Shown: positions 8,064 through 17,852 of the stretch, in pieces | Layout of the letters: each line of letters starts with the position of its first letter | Numbering within the stretch: the first letter of the stretch is position 1 | NCBI GenBank assembly: GCA_963662285.2 | Contig: CAXXMV010000002.1 | Location: 352,001 to 416,000 of the forward strand | Direction of reading: 5' to 3' | Source: a bacterium | GTDB taxonomy: Bacteria > Hinthialibacterota > Hinthialibacteria > Hinthialibacterales > Hinthialibacteraceae | DNA length: 64,000 nucleotides | Translations under genes and position numbers: made by a program | Notes under the pieces: model-generated | Seen by the model: only the letters and a program-made list of their open reading frames with translations | Told to the model about the DNA's origin: nothing | Database searches by the model: none

Positions 8064-10430
8064 ATGAAAAAAGATTTGTTGGCTTTAATGTTGATATGCC
8101 TGGCTGTATTTTTTGGGGCAGGATCGATTGTATTTGAACATGCTGCGCCGTTTCGAGGTGATATATCGTTGCAATTTTATCCCTGGAAAGTATTTACTCA
8201 ATCCATGCTTTCTTCGGGAGAAATTCCATATTGGAATCCATACGTTTATGGAGGCGCTCCTTTTTTAGCCAATATACAATCCGCTGTTTTTTATCCTTTC
8301 GACCTGATTCTATTCGTTTTTCCAATGGAGTGGTTTTTTGGATTATCTTTAATACTGCATCTATTACTAGCATCTATTGGAACCTACTTTTTTGCCCGGA
8401 TATGCTGCGTTACGCCTTTCCCATCCATCATTGCCAGCATTGCTTATGGATTAAACGGTTTCACCATGATTCATATCCCTGCAGGAAACCATTTGACTTA
8501 TGCCGGCGCTGCCTGGGTTCCCTGGATGTTCTGGGTTACGGCTGGTTTCATTCTAACCAAAAAAAGCCGGCTTCCCTGGGCTTTGGGAGGAGCGTTTATA
8601 ACATGGATGCACTTTCTATGCGGCCATCCGCAGATGACTTTTTATTCTATGGTTTTTAGTTTCTTATTCTCTCTCTTACTGGGATTTTGGATGGAGCGAC
8701 GTTCAAGTTATTTCAATCCGTTCATCCCATTGATGCGCACCGCCGCATGGTCATCATTTCTGCTTCTAGGCATCGCTATGGCGGGGATGCAGCTGATTCC
8801 AACATTGGAATACTTTAGTCATGCCAATCGAGCAGGCGGGCTTACTCTACAAGCTGCCACCGAATTTTCTTTCGCTCCCCACCGCTTAATCACGTTACTG
8901 TGCCCGGAATATTATGGAACCATGATTCGCGGAACTCATTACGATAGTTTCGTCTATTGGTCATGCGCCTATGCCGGGGCGATAATACCGTTTCTGGCGT
9001 TGATAGTCATGTTCCGCGCCGGGAAAAGATATCCCATGGTCGCCCCATTAAGCGCGGTAGCATTCCTGGGTCTTTTGTTGGCCTGGGGGCGGGGCAATCC
9101 GGTTTACGCCATGATCTTCCAACTTCCGGGATTCGGTCATTTCAGGGCTCCAGCCAAATATATCCCATATTATCTTGTCTGCATTAGCGTCCTGGGCGCA
9201 TTAGGGGTGGAATACCTCAGCAACCGGGTTTATATCAGACAGCAAAAATCAGCTTGTAAATTGGTTAAAAACAGCCAAACCATAATTTCAACTATTCTCT
9301 TAGGAGCGTTCTTCATTTTTTTTATCCAATTCGGCGCGCCCATTCTCTCCGGTTTAGCTGATAAAACCATGTTTAATATAACTCTTAAAATCAGCGGAGT
9401 GGATTCCGCAATACAGCAGGATGGCAGGATAGCAACTAATCTTAATCAATTAATGATATGGGAGAAAGCCGCATCCCTGCTTAGATTAGCGTTTATTCTG
9501 GGCGCCAGCATCGCCGCCTATATTATTGCGCGAAGATTTACCAAATCTCCACGCTTTGTTATATCGTTGGCATTAGGTTTTATCCTCTTGCTTGATTTGC
9601 ATTATTTCGGACAGAATTATTTGCTGGCCAGTCTCCAGGATGTAAACGTAATTCGTCAATCCACCATTCCAACTCAGGGCATTGGAATGATACGACCCCC
9701 CCGCAAAACCATTTTACCCGACCGCATCATGAACCGCAAAGATATTGATTACCCCAATGTGTTTATGCATTGGCATCTGCATAACATCGCTGGTTATGAT
9801 CCCATGAGTTTAAGCGCCTACAATCAACAAATCGGATTAATGGAGGATTGGAAAGGCGAGTATCACGACAATATTAAACTTGAGAATTTTGATCATCCAG
9901 TGTTGGATATGCTGAATGTTCGCTATGTGTTGACTCTGGAAGAGTTGAACAGCCCGGCGATAAACCTGCGTTATGAGGGAGCGGAATTTAGAATCTATGA
10001 AAGATTGAGCCGCAAGAGAGCGTGGGCTGTGATAAAAACGCCCCATAATGATGGCGAATGGATGTCGGTCGATTCAGCCATTAAATTCACTGAATACAGT
10101 CCGCACCGCATTGCGTTCAAATACGTTGCTGAGCAACCGGTTGAAATGCGTATATCTGAATGGGATTATCCCGGTTGGAAAGCGCAAGCGACCTTAATGA
10201 ACCATAAGACGCAAATGCTCCCCATAGAACCTTCAGATGAAGGATTGCGTTGTTTTAAGGTTCCGGCGGGAACTACTGGAATCAGGGTTTTTTACCAGGC
10301 GCCGCGCAGCGGTTGGATTTTGTCTTGTATATCGGGAGCATTCTTCGCTTTGCTCTTAGTGTTGACGCTGATTCGACGTAACGACCGGTATTTATATATA
10401 CTACAGTGGGCCTTTGGCCGGGATTATTAA
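8064..10430 (+). CDS. YfhO-family polytopic membrane glycosyltransferase (GT-C fold)
   Basis: D-xx-LQFYPW, GEIPYWNPY-xx-GGAPFLAN, FYP, GHPQ, FRAPAK, GYDPM, LDMLNVRY, YPGWKA. Confidence 0.82.
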   Translation: MKKDLLALMLICLAVFFGAGSIVFEHAAPFRGDISLQFYPWKVFTQSMLSSGEIPYWNPYVYGGAPFLANIQSAVFYPFDLILFVFPMEWFFGLSLILHLLLASIGTYFFARICCVTPFPSIIASIAYGLNGFTMIHIPAGNHLTYAGAAWVPWMFWVTAGFILTKKSRLPWALGGAFITWMHFLCGHPQMTFYSMVFSFLFSLLLGFWMERRSSYFNPFIPLMRTAAWSSFLLLGIAMAGMQLIPTLEYFSHANRAGGLTLQAATEFSFAPHRLITLLCPEYYGTMIRGTHYDSFVYWSCAYAGAIIPFLALIVMFRAGKRYPMVAPLSAVAFLGLLLAWGRGNPVYAMIFQLPGFGHFRAPAKYIPYYLVCISVLGALGVEYLSNRVYIRQQKSACKLVKNSQTIISTILLGAFFIFFIQFGAPILSGLADKTMFNITLKISGVDSAIQQDGRIATNLNQLMIWEKAASLLRLAFILGASIAAYIIARRFTKSPRFVISLALGFILLLDLHYFGQNYLLASLQDVNVIRQSTIPTQGIGMIRPPRKTILPDRIMNRKDIDYPNVFMHWHLHNIAGYDPMSLSAYNQQIGLMEDWKGEYHDNIKLENFDHPVLDMLNVRYVLTLEELNSPAINLRYEGAEFRIYERLSRKRAWAVIKTPHNDGEWMSVDSAIKFTEYSPHRIAFKYVAEQPVEMRISEWDYPGWKAQATLMNHKTQMLPIEPSDEGLRCFKVPAGTTGIRVFYQAPRSGWILSCISGAFFALLLVLTLIRRNDRYLYILQWAFGRDY

Positions 10431-10523
10431 CTGATATTAACAATTAGAGCAGAAAAACCTTCCGATTATCTGATCTGGAGGTTTCAACGCGTATATTTGA
10501 GAACAACTCAATAAGCGTAATAT

Positions 10524-11327
10524 TTATTGAGATTTTTTGGTTGTAATTTGTTTTTTCGTGCATTCGATAATCATGCTATCTTCAAGGCGCACATTTACTG
10601 AATTCTTGACATAGTTATGTTCGATGATGATCCCATCCCCTTCAGCAGTTTTGACAGACGTTCCGCAGGGTGGGAAATCATTTTTGGCCGAAAGATAATC
10701 GTTTACCTCATAAGTCAAACAACACATCAGCCGACCGCATAGACCGGATATTTTGGTGGGATTCAAGGCCAGGTTCTGCTCCTTGGCCATGCGAATAGTA
10801 ATTGGATCGAATTTTTGCAGGAATCTTGAACAACAGAGTTCCTGACCGCAGATACCGTATCCACCAATTTTCTTAGAGCGGTCGCGTACGCCAATCTGAC
10901 GCATTTCAATTCGAGTTCGGTAAATCGATGCCAGGTCTTTGACCAATTCACGGAAGTCGATGCGGTTTTCCGCAGTAAAGAAAAAGCGCATTTTTTTACC
11001 GTCGAGACTGCGCTCGACAGCGGCTAGAGACATGGGCAGATCATGTTTGTGGATTTTTTCGAGAGCTACGTTGAATGCATCGCGTTCCATAGCGCGATTG
11101 TTGCGGACAATATCAAAATCATCCTTGGTCGCTTCGCGAAATACAAATACCTCTTCTTCAGTTGGAAGATCATCTTCCATGTCATATGGATCGGTTTTCA
11201 CTTTAGCCAGTTCAAGATCACCCACAACATCCACAATACAAAACTTCTTGGGAACGAATTCAATGGGATCTTCTTGAAAACGCGCCACCAAGCGTCGTTC
11301 TCGGACTTTTATATCAACAACCTTCAT
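10524..11327 (-). CDS. ricT: PSP1-domain protein (RicT/YaaT family)
   Basis: FTAENRIDFRELVKDLA, RIEMRQIGVRD, CGQELCC, KISGLCGRLMCCL. Confidence 0.9.
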   Translation of the reverse strand: MKVVDIKVRERRLVARFQEDPIEFVPKKFCIVDVVGDLELAKVKTDPYDMEDDLPTEEEVFVFREATKDDFDIVRNNRAMERDAFNVALEKIHKHDLPMSLAAVERSLDGKKMRFFFTAENRIDFRELVKDLASIYRTRIEMRQIGVRDRSKKIGGYGICGQELCCSRFLQKFDPITIRMAKEQNLALNPTKISGLCGRLMCCLTYEVNDYLSAKNDFPPCGTSVKTAEGDGIIIEHNYVKNSVNVRLEDSMIIECTKKQITTKKSQ

Positions 11328-11585
11328 ACTTTAATTTCCGTTCTGAATACGTTTCTGTTTATATTTTAGACGTACTGTATGTTGGGTGAATTGTCAGTAT
11401 CTCACTCATATTGATTTTAATTACGCATTATCAATCCATCAAAAAAAACTGGCACATTATCTTGTAATGTTACTTGGTTCACCTATCGGCTGTCAACGTT
11501 CGGTCTGTCTTTAGCAAGAATCACTGGATGAAACGTTCTAGACTGCTATAATCTTCTGCTTGTTAGAACAAACAGGAAACCAGCC

Positions 11586-12977
11586 ATGAATCCTTTCAAT
11601 CAATACCCTATATCGCCAAATACTCCCCTAAGGGGAAGCGGCGCCTTGAAATATCACTTTACCTCGCTGGGATGCCCCAAAAACCTTGTTGAGAGCGAAG
11701 AGATGATGGCCCAATTGGCTATATCCGGCATGGTGCTGGTGCATGACCCGGAAGATGCTGACCTGTTGGTAGTTAATACCTGCGGCTTTATTAATCCTGC
11801 AAAAGAGGAATCGGTTGATGTAATACTTGAATTATGCGAAATTCGACGGCAAAATCCGGCGCAAAGACTGGTGGTTGTCGGGTGTCTGGTGCAGCGATAT
11901 CGCCAAGAATTGAAAGAAGAACTGCCCGAAGTTGATGCTTTTATCGGCGTTAATGACCGGGAAGCATTCATTCAAATAGCGTGGCAAGTGATGGGACGCA
12001 AGCCAATAAACAATCCATCACCGAATGCGCTTTTTATGCCGCGTCTGATTACGACTCCCCCGCACATGGCCTATTTACGCATCTCTGATGGTTGTTTTCA
12101 TAAATGCAGTTTCTGCGCAATACCCATGATTCGCGGTCCACTCCGGTCACGTCCCATTGAGGAGATCATCGCTGAAGCCAAGTCATTGGCTGCCGGTGGA
12201 GTTAAGGAGATTGTGATTGTATCGCAGGATACTACATCCTATGGCGTTGATCTCTATAACCGGCTGGCCATCACAGACCTGCTAACTAAACTGGAGGAGA
12301 TTGAAGGTATTGAATGGATACGACTTATGTATCTTTATCCACACCTGATTGACCGACGGTTGATAAAATATTTCACTAGAAGTGAAAAACTTATTTCATA
12401 CGCTGATCTCCCCATTCAACATGGCGATCCGGAAATATTAAAGCTTATGAATCGTGGGGCAACGGATGTTCACATTCGGCGAGCAGTAGAAAAATTACGT
12501 GAAGCCCGGCCCGATATGACGCTTCGCTCAACTGTGATAGTCGGTTTTCCAGGTGAGAAACAGCGCCACTTCGAAAATATGATGCAGTTGTTATACGATC
12601 TTGATTTTGACAGACTGGGAGTATTTTCGTTTTCTCGCGAAGAAGGCACTCAAGCCGATAAACTCCCTAATCATGTTTCTGACAGGATCAAGGAAAAACG
12701 CTTTCAAATTGTGCTTGAATGGTCGTGCGAGAGAGCTCGTGAAAAAAACCAGGACTTTATTGGAGAGATTCTGACTGTATTAATCGATCAGAAAGATCCT
12801 GATGGAGACGGTTATTGGGGACGCTATCAGGGGCAGGCGCCTGAAGTTGATGGTCAGGTCTATGTACTTGGTAAGAATCTGATTCCCGGTTGCTTCGCTC
12901 CTGTTCGCATCAGCGAAGCGGATGAAGAGAATCTGATCGGATACCTCAATAAGGATATAAACGTGGTCAAAGTATGA
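11586..12977 (+). CDS. rimO: Ribosomal protein S12 methylthiotransferase RimO
   Basis: SLGCPKNLVESE, VNTCGFI, radical SAM GCFHKCSFCAIP, RLMYLYP, C-terminal TRAM domain with APEVDG. Confidence 0.95.
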   Translation: MNPFNQYPISPNTPLRGSGALKYHFTSLGCPKNLVESEEMMAQLAISGMVLVHDPEDADLLVVNTCGFINPAKEESVDVILELCEIRRQNPAQRLVVVGCLVQRYRQELKEELPEVDAFIGVNDREAFIQIAWQVMGRKPINNPSPNALFMPRLITTPPHMAYLRISDGCFHKCSFCAIPMIRGPLRSRPIEEIIAEAKSLAAGGVKEIVIVSQDTTSYGVDLYNRLAITDLLTKLEEIEGIEWIRLMYLYPHLIDRRLIKYFTRSEKLISYADLPIQHGDPEILKLMNRGATDVHIRRAVEKLREARPDMTLRSTVIVGFPGEKQRHFENMMQLLYDLDFDRLGVFSFSREEGTQADKLPNHVSDRIKEKRFQIVLEWSCERAREKNQDFIGEILTVLIDQKDPDGDGYWGRYQGQAPEVDGQVYVLGKNLIPGCFAPVRISEADEENLIGYLNKDINVVKV

Positions 12978-13501
12978 TAACCAAAGCGCCTCCATATACA
13001 TCGCCGCCAAAAGAGCTAAAAAAAGCCTCTTTTGTTCAATGGATTTCCTATTTTATCGCATCAACCGGCTGGACGGGTCATTTACCTGCTTCCGGCACAT
13101 GGGGAGCGCTGGTCGCCTGGGCGCTGCATACTTTTTTCTTTCCAAATGCCTTCACGCTGCAAAACTGGCCTATAGCCCTGGGCATCCTGTTTGGCGTTAC
13201 TCTTATCGGCGTAATCTGCGCAGAGATTGTCGAGCGAATGACTGGCGTTAAAGATGATTCACGCATAACGGTTGATGAAGTTGCGGGCTATTTCCTGGCT
13301 GTGTTATTCGCGCCCGCTGGATGGCAGTACACCATTCCCGCTTTTGTCCTGGCGCGTATATTTGATGTTCTTAAACCGCCGCCAGCCAACGCGCTGCAAG
13401 ACCTGCATGGCGGAATCGGCATCATGATCGACGATCTTATCGCCAGCGTTTACGCAGTTTTGGTACTGCATGTGGGTATCTACTTACTTGGCGGCTACTA
13501 A
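12974..13501 (+). CDS. pgpA: Phosphatidylglycerophosphatase A
   Basis: PASGTWG, D-xx-ITVDEVAG, RIFDVLKPPP, GGIGIMIDDLIA. Overlaps the rimO stop (ATGA). Confidence 0.9.
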   Translation: MITKAPPYTSPPKELKKASFVQWISYFIASTGWTGHLPASGTWGALVAWALHTFFFPNAFTLQNWPIALGILFGVTLIGVICAEIVERMTGVKDDSRITVDEVAGYFLAVLFAPAGWQYTIPAFVLARIFDVLKPPPANALQDLHGGIGIMIDDLIASVYAVLVLHVGIYLLGGY

Positions 13502-13961
13502 AAGAGCGTTTTTTTGAATCGTGAATCAGAACCTTATTACGCCTATCTCTCCAGGTTATGTTTTATCTTTTCTTTTTTTATATCCTTTAAACCAAATATC
13601 CTCCCCCAAGCATGGAAGAAATGAATAAAAAATCTCTTGTGGTTGGCAGAATAAGATTATTCCCGCATCCCTGAGTGCACGATATTTAAATAATTCCCCT
13701 AATTATTATTCAGACATCATTTATATTGCGGTTTTACACAAGCATGTAGTATAATACGTCGAATCTTGATTCGCTTGCATTTTGCCAATTCATGAATCAA
13801 CTTTGATCCAATGTTAATATTCCGTATTCACTATTGCGGTTAACAAAAAATAATGGATTGGTTCAAAATCTCAATTTTGAGGTTCTTTGAACTATCGCTT
13901 TATAGAACATATTATTCTTAACAGATGCTGGTCTCATTTAGAAAGGAACTGCCTAGCGGAG

Positions 13962-15683
13962 ATGGATATCAATTGGGAAGAGATAATTACACTGATTCGG
14001 GAGGGTGGAGAAAAAACCGCAGCTGCTATTGAACAAAATTCTGATGATAAAAAAATATCTGGCGAATTGCGCGGTAGTCTGAGTTTTCTCGATCAGGTTC
14101 AGGAGTGGGAGGGGAAAGTCCCGCCTGAAAAAATCCATAATTCTATTATTTCTTTCATTAAAAAGATCGAGACGGATTTAAAAGAAGCCGTTAAAGCCAA
14201 AATACTATCCCCCGAAGTGTATGGCGCATCGGAAAAGAATCCTACCCCGGTATTTATCGGCGAAACAATTACCGCTATCGGTCCGGACATCATTATCAGC
14301 ACCGATAAAATGAAAGTCCATGCCTCGGTTGACGCAGAGTTCATGGATTTCTGGGATGCGGCGAAGATCAAAGCAGGTTTGGAAAGGCGTGGCATCACGG
14401 CGCCCATATCAAATGTTGAGATCGACAAAATGCTGACTGAACCCGGCGTTGTTGTAAAATGCGCTGTAGGCAGCAAGCCGGTAGCAGGAAAAGACGCCAT
14501 TATCGAAGACTGCATCGGCTTGGACCTGGATGGGATTCCTTCTGTTATTAATAGAAATAAAGTTGATTTGAAATCATTGAATTGGATACATAATGTCGCG
14601 CAAGATCAAACCATTTTAAGCAAAAAACCTGCTACTCCCGGAGTTCCCGGCTCGGATGTGTTTGGCGAAGAAATTTCATGCCGGGATGGTGTTGATATTC
14701 CCTTTCCTTCAATCGCCAATACCAGCATCTCTGAAGATGGTTTGAACGTGCTATCGATGGTTGATGGCTGCGCCTATAAAGTAGGCGATAATATTGTTGT
14801 TGTTCCATCACTGGAAATTAAAGACAATGTCGATTATTCCACCGGGCATGTTAATGCAGAAGTAACGGTTAATATATCGGGAGATGTTCTAACAGGATTT
14901 AATGTGCAAACCAGCAAGGATATCCATGTTAAAGGAACTGTTGAAGCCAGCAGACTTGAAGCGAAGGGCAGCATCTTTTTGCCTGGCGGCGTGCAAGGTA
15001 AATCAGAAGCGGTTATTAAATCGGGCAAGCATATCGAGGCGAAATTCATCAACGCAGCCCAAGTTCTGGCGAAAGGCGAAATCCTGGTTCACGGTTCAAT
15101 TATACAATCCAAACTACGCGCCTGGAGAATTGAAGCGTTAGAGAAGGATGCCGATATCATTGGCGGCGTCATCGAATCTGAAGAAGATGTTTGCGCGGAT
15201 ACCTTTGGCTCGGAAATCGGCGTCAAAACTGTAATAAAACTGGGTCATGATATCCCTGAAACCACCAATAAAATAGCAAAACTTGAAGAGCAATTAAAAC
15301 AACTGGATATCAAAAATCAAGAATGCAGTGAAAAATTAACTGCCTTGGAACGTACTAAAGAAGAAAATGGCGTCCTCTCTTCCACCCAGGAAAAAGTTAA
15401 AGCCAAATTGATCGAGAATATCGCCAAATTGCATGAAACTTTAGATACTAAAAAACGCCAAATTGAATTGTTTCATGAAAAATTAGAGAGGTCTCAGGGT
15501 ATGCAAAGGATGGTGCGAGCTCGAAAAAATATGCATCCCGGCGTAGAGGTGACTATTCTGGATCATTCCTTCGCCCCCAAAGCGCCAACTGGGCCGTTAA
15601 CTCTGATTGTGACCAGCGAGGGGATCGAACAGGTTCCTTTTGAAGAAAGAACGTTTGAGAGCGAGGAAGAAGTAGATGAATAA
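13962..15683 (+). CDS. DUF342 / FapA-family protein
   Basis: G-xx-P-xx-GKD, VDLKSL, G-x-PG-x-DVFG, VDYSTGHV beta-helix region, GG and GSEIGVKT motifs, coiled coil, then HPGVEV. Likely ATG at 13962; the track starts at TTG 13887. Confidence 0.85.
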   Translation: MDINWEEIITLIREGGEKTAAAIEQNSDDKKISGELRGSLSFLDQVQEWEGKVPPEKIHNSIISFIKKIETDLKEAVKAKILSPEVYGASEKNPTPVFIGETITAIGPDIIISTDKMKVHASVDAEFMDFWDAAKIKAGLERRGITAPISNVEIDKMLTEPGVVVKCAVGSKPVAGKDAIIEDCIGLDLDGIPSVINRNKVDLKSLNWIHNVAQDQTILSKKPATPGVPGSDVFGEEISCRDGVDIPFPSIANTSISEDGLNVLSMVDGCAYKVGDNIVVVPSLEIKDNVDYSTGHVNAEVTVNISGDVLTGFNVQTSKDIHVKGTVEASRLEAKGSIFLPGGVQGKSEAVIKSGKHIEAKFINAAQVLAKGEILVHGSIIQSKLRAWRIEALEKDADIIGGVIESEEDVCADTFGSEIGVKTVIKLGHDIPETTNKIAKLEEQLKQLDIKNQECSEKLTALERTKEENGVLSSTQEKVKAKLIENIAKLHETLDTKKRQIELFHEKLERSQGMQRMVRARKNMHPGVEVTILDHSFAPKAPTGPLTLIVTSEGIEQVPFEERTFESEEEVDE

Positions 15684-17391
15684 TTCAGCCAGCAACTCCT
15701 CTCCAGAAAAAGATATCGCACGAGACCAGCGCAAAAAACAGGCTGAAGAAATGCGCCAGACCTCTCGACGAACTGAATTAGCCAATTCGATTCGCTCTAT
15801 ATTGAAACAAGTTAAAAAAGAAAATCCTGTAGAGCAGATGCGAACATTACTATCTGACGGAAAAGCGGATCAGATAAAGAGCGATATGCTCGACCTCCGT
15901 AGAAATTTGGATATTGATTTAAAACTGAAGCGTCTTTCTCAAAAAACTCTTACTAACGGCGCCGACTTTTTGAAATTCTCGCAACCTTTGATTAACGGTA
16001 AAAGCCAGATCGATAATCTTAAGCACCAACTGGAACAGTATAAAACTCCAGAAAAAAGAGATTCGCTTGAAGGCGCAGAGAAAAACAATTTGCGTAATAT
16101 TGTTATCCAACTCCGTCAAACCCTGCAAAACTATAGCCTATTGACCAGTCAGGCGATGAAATTGTTCACTACATATTGCCAGGGACGACGAAAGGATATG
16201 GGAGAAGAAGCCGCTCTTAAGCATTCTGTGCAATTCTACCTTCAGTTTCTTGAGGGTCCGCAACGCGCTCGTCTTTCGATGCAGATTAAAGGCATGATGG
16301 AGGATATGCCGTTTACCAAACGAATTGAAGCGCTTGATAAATTCATATCCATGATTGTACAGATTTCTCCCAGTATTCGTGACGCCGAAGTTGGGCGTTG
16401 CATTGAAATGGCTCACCACTATATCCAGGAAGCCCACATTGATGATGCTGTCAAAGAACTTAACAAGGCTCTGGAATACGGACAAAACGCAGAGGTTTAT
16501 CTGGAACTTGCGAAATGCTGGCAAATTAAAGGTGATACTAAAGAAGAAATAAACGCATTGAAAAAAGTTCTCCAAAAAGAACCTGAAGCAGTTGACCCTC
16601 TTTTGCGACTGGCTCAAATTCAAGAAGAGACAGGAAATTTTAATGCCGCCGTTCTTCTCTATGAGAAAATTATTGAGAAGCAGCCTTACCGCTTCCGTCT
16701 GATAACCCATCTTGCCCGGATGGCTTTTGATCATCAACTTTGGGCTTCCGCTATCAAATGGCTTACTCATATTCTTAAGGAAAAACCTAATTCAAAGAAA
16801 ACTATAATGCGACTTGGCGTTGCTTTGATTCGTTTTGATGAAATCGAACGGGGTATCGTTCTGCTCAATGGATGTCGCAAAAAAGGTATTGAAGACGCCA
16901 TGATCGATCTACACATCGGCATTGCTTATTACAAACAGAAGCATTACAACGATGCCAATGCCGAATTTCTACACGCTGTCAAAAAATGGCCTAATGATCA
17001 AGAAATATTATACTGGTTAGCCCAATCTGATTTTGACTGCGGCGAATATGAAGACGCTGAACGCCGCTGTCGATCATTACTGAAATCTAAAGGTTCTACT
17101 AGAGACCTTGCTATCCTCCATGCCAAATCTCTGCTAAGGCTTGGCCGTGTGGAAGAGTCTCTTCTATTGCTCAAACCTCTGATCGAAAAAGATGATGCTC
17201 CAGTAGAGGCGATGCTTGAATATGGCATGGGATGCCTAAAGATCAATCAGGTGGAAGATGCTTATCAGGTTTTGAAAAAAGCAATAAGTGTTGAGCCTGA
17301 CAATGGTAAAATTCGGGAAAATCTGGGTCTGGCCTGTATTCAATCAGGTCGTTTCGCCGAATCATCTAAATATATGGTTGATGCAGCGTGA
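15676..17391 (+). CDS. Tetratricopeptide-repeat protein with N-terminal helical domain
   Basis: Multiple TPR-like units in the C-terminal half (AEVYLELAKCW...EPEAVDPLLRLAQ...EPDNGKIRENLGLA). Overlaps the end of the DUF342 gene. Confidence 0.8.
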   Translation: MNNSASNSSPEKDIARDQRKKQAEEMRQTSRRTELANSIRSILKQVKKENPVEQMRTLLSDGKADQIKSDMLDLRRNLDIDLKLKRLSQKTLTNGADFLKFSQPLINGKSQIDNLKHQLEQYKTPEKRDSLEGAEKNNLRNIVIQLRQTLQNYSLLTSQAMKLFTTYCQGRRKDMGEEAALKHSVQFYLQFLEGPQRARLSMQIKGMMEDMPFTKRIEALDKFISMIVQISPSIRDAEVGRCIEMAHHYIQEAHIDDAVKELNKALEYGQNAEVYLELAKCWQIKGDTKEEINALKKVLQKEPEAVDPLLRLAQIQEETGNFNAAVLLYEKIIEKQPYRFRLITHLARMAFDHQLWASAIKWLTHILKEKPNSKKTIMRLGVALIRFDEIERGIVLLNGCRKKGIEDAMIDLHIGIAYYKQKHYNDANAEFLHAVKKWPNDQEILYWLAQSDFDCGEYEDAERRCRSLLKSKGSTRDLAILHAKSLLRLGRVEESLLLLKPLIEKDDAPVEAMLEYGMGCLKINQVEDAYQVLKKAISVEPDNGKIRENLGLACIQSGRFAESSKYMVDAA

Positions 17392-17427
17392 TTAGCGTCA
17401 GCGACATGCCTCCCGGCAAAATTCATG

Positions 17428-17844
17428 TTAGCGAACTGCATGCGTCCAATATTTTATCTTGGGGAAAGGCGCTGGTTTAAAATTGAGCGGCGGAGTAGGT
17501 TTGCATATAAACAGGTAGGCGCACCACCATTGCTCTTCCGTCACGTCAGCTACTGTTTCGCGCGCAATCAGATATTGGGGTTGAAATCCTTTGACGTCAT
17601 CGGGCTGCTCACGCAGAGCATTCCAGCGTATATCGATCACTCTTCCGATATACGCATGTTCTTCACCAATCTGCCTTCGTGCGTATGATATGGAATAGGC
17701 GTATGAACCTATCTGGGAACGCAGTTTAAAATATTTGCATGTCTGCTCTATGCCAACCGCCGCAACGAATACAATGATTCCAATCCAGGCCAGCCATTTC
17801 AATTTTGGTTTCAGTCTTATTTTCAATCTTTCTTCCACTCTCAA
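17428..17844 (-). CDS. Hypothetical membrane-anchored protein
   Basis: 138 aa ORF with one N-terminal TM helix, 8 nt downstream of the FG-GAP gene on the same strand. No family recognised. Confidence 0.5.
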   Translation of the reverse strand: MRVEERLKIRLKPKLKWLAWIGIIVFVAAVGIEQTCKYFKLRSQIGSYAYSISYARRQIGEEHAYIGRVIDIRWNALREQPDDVKGFQPQYLIARETVADVTEEQWWCAYLFICKPTPPLNFKPAPFPKIKYWTHAVR

Positions 17845-17852
17845 AAAACACT

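Noticed and set aside
11449-11466. Sigma-54-like TGGCAC motifs at about 11450 and about 28324
   Set aside because: The -12 TTGC element is missing or mis-spaced in both.
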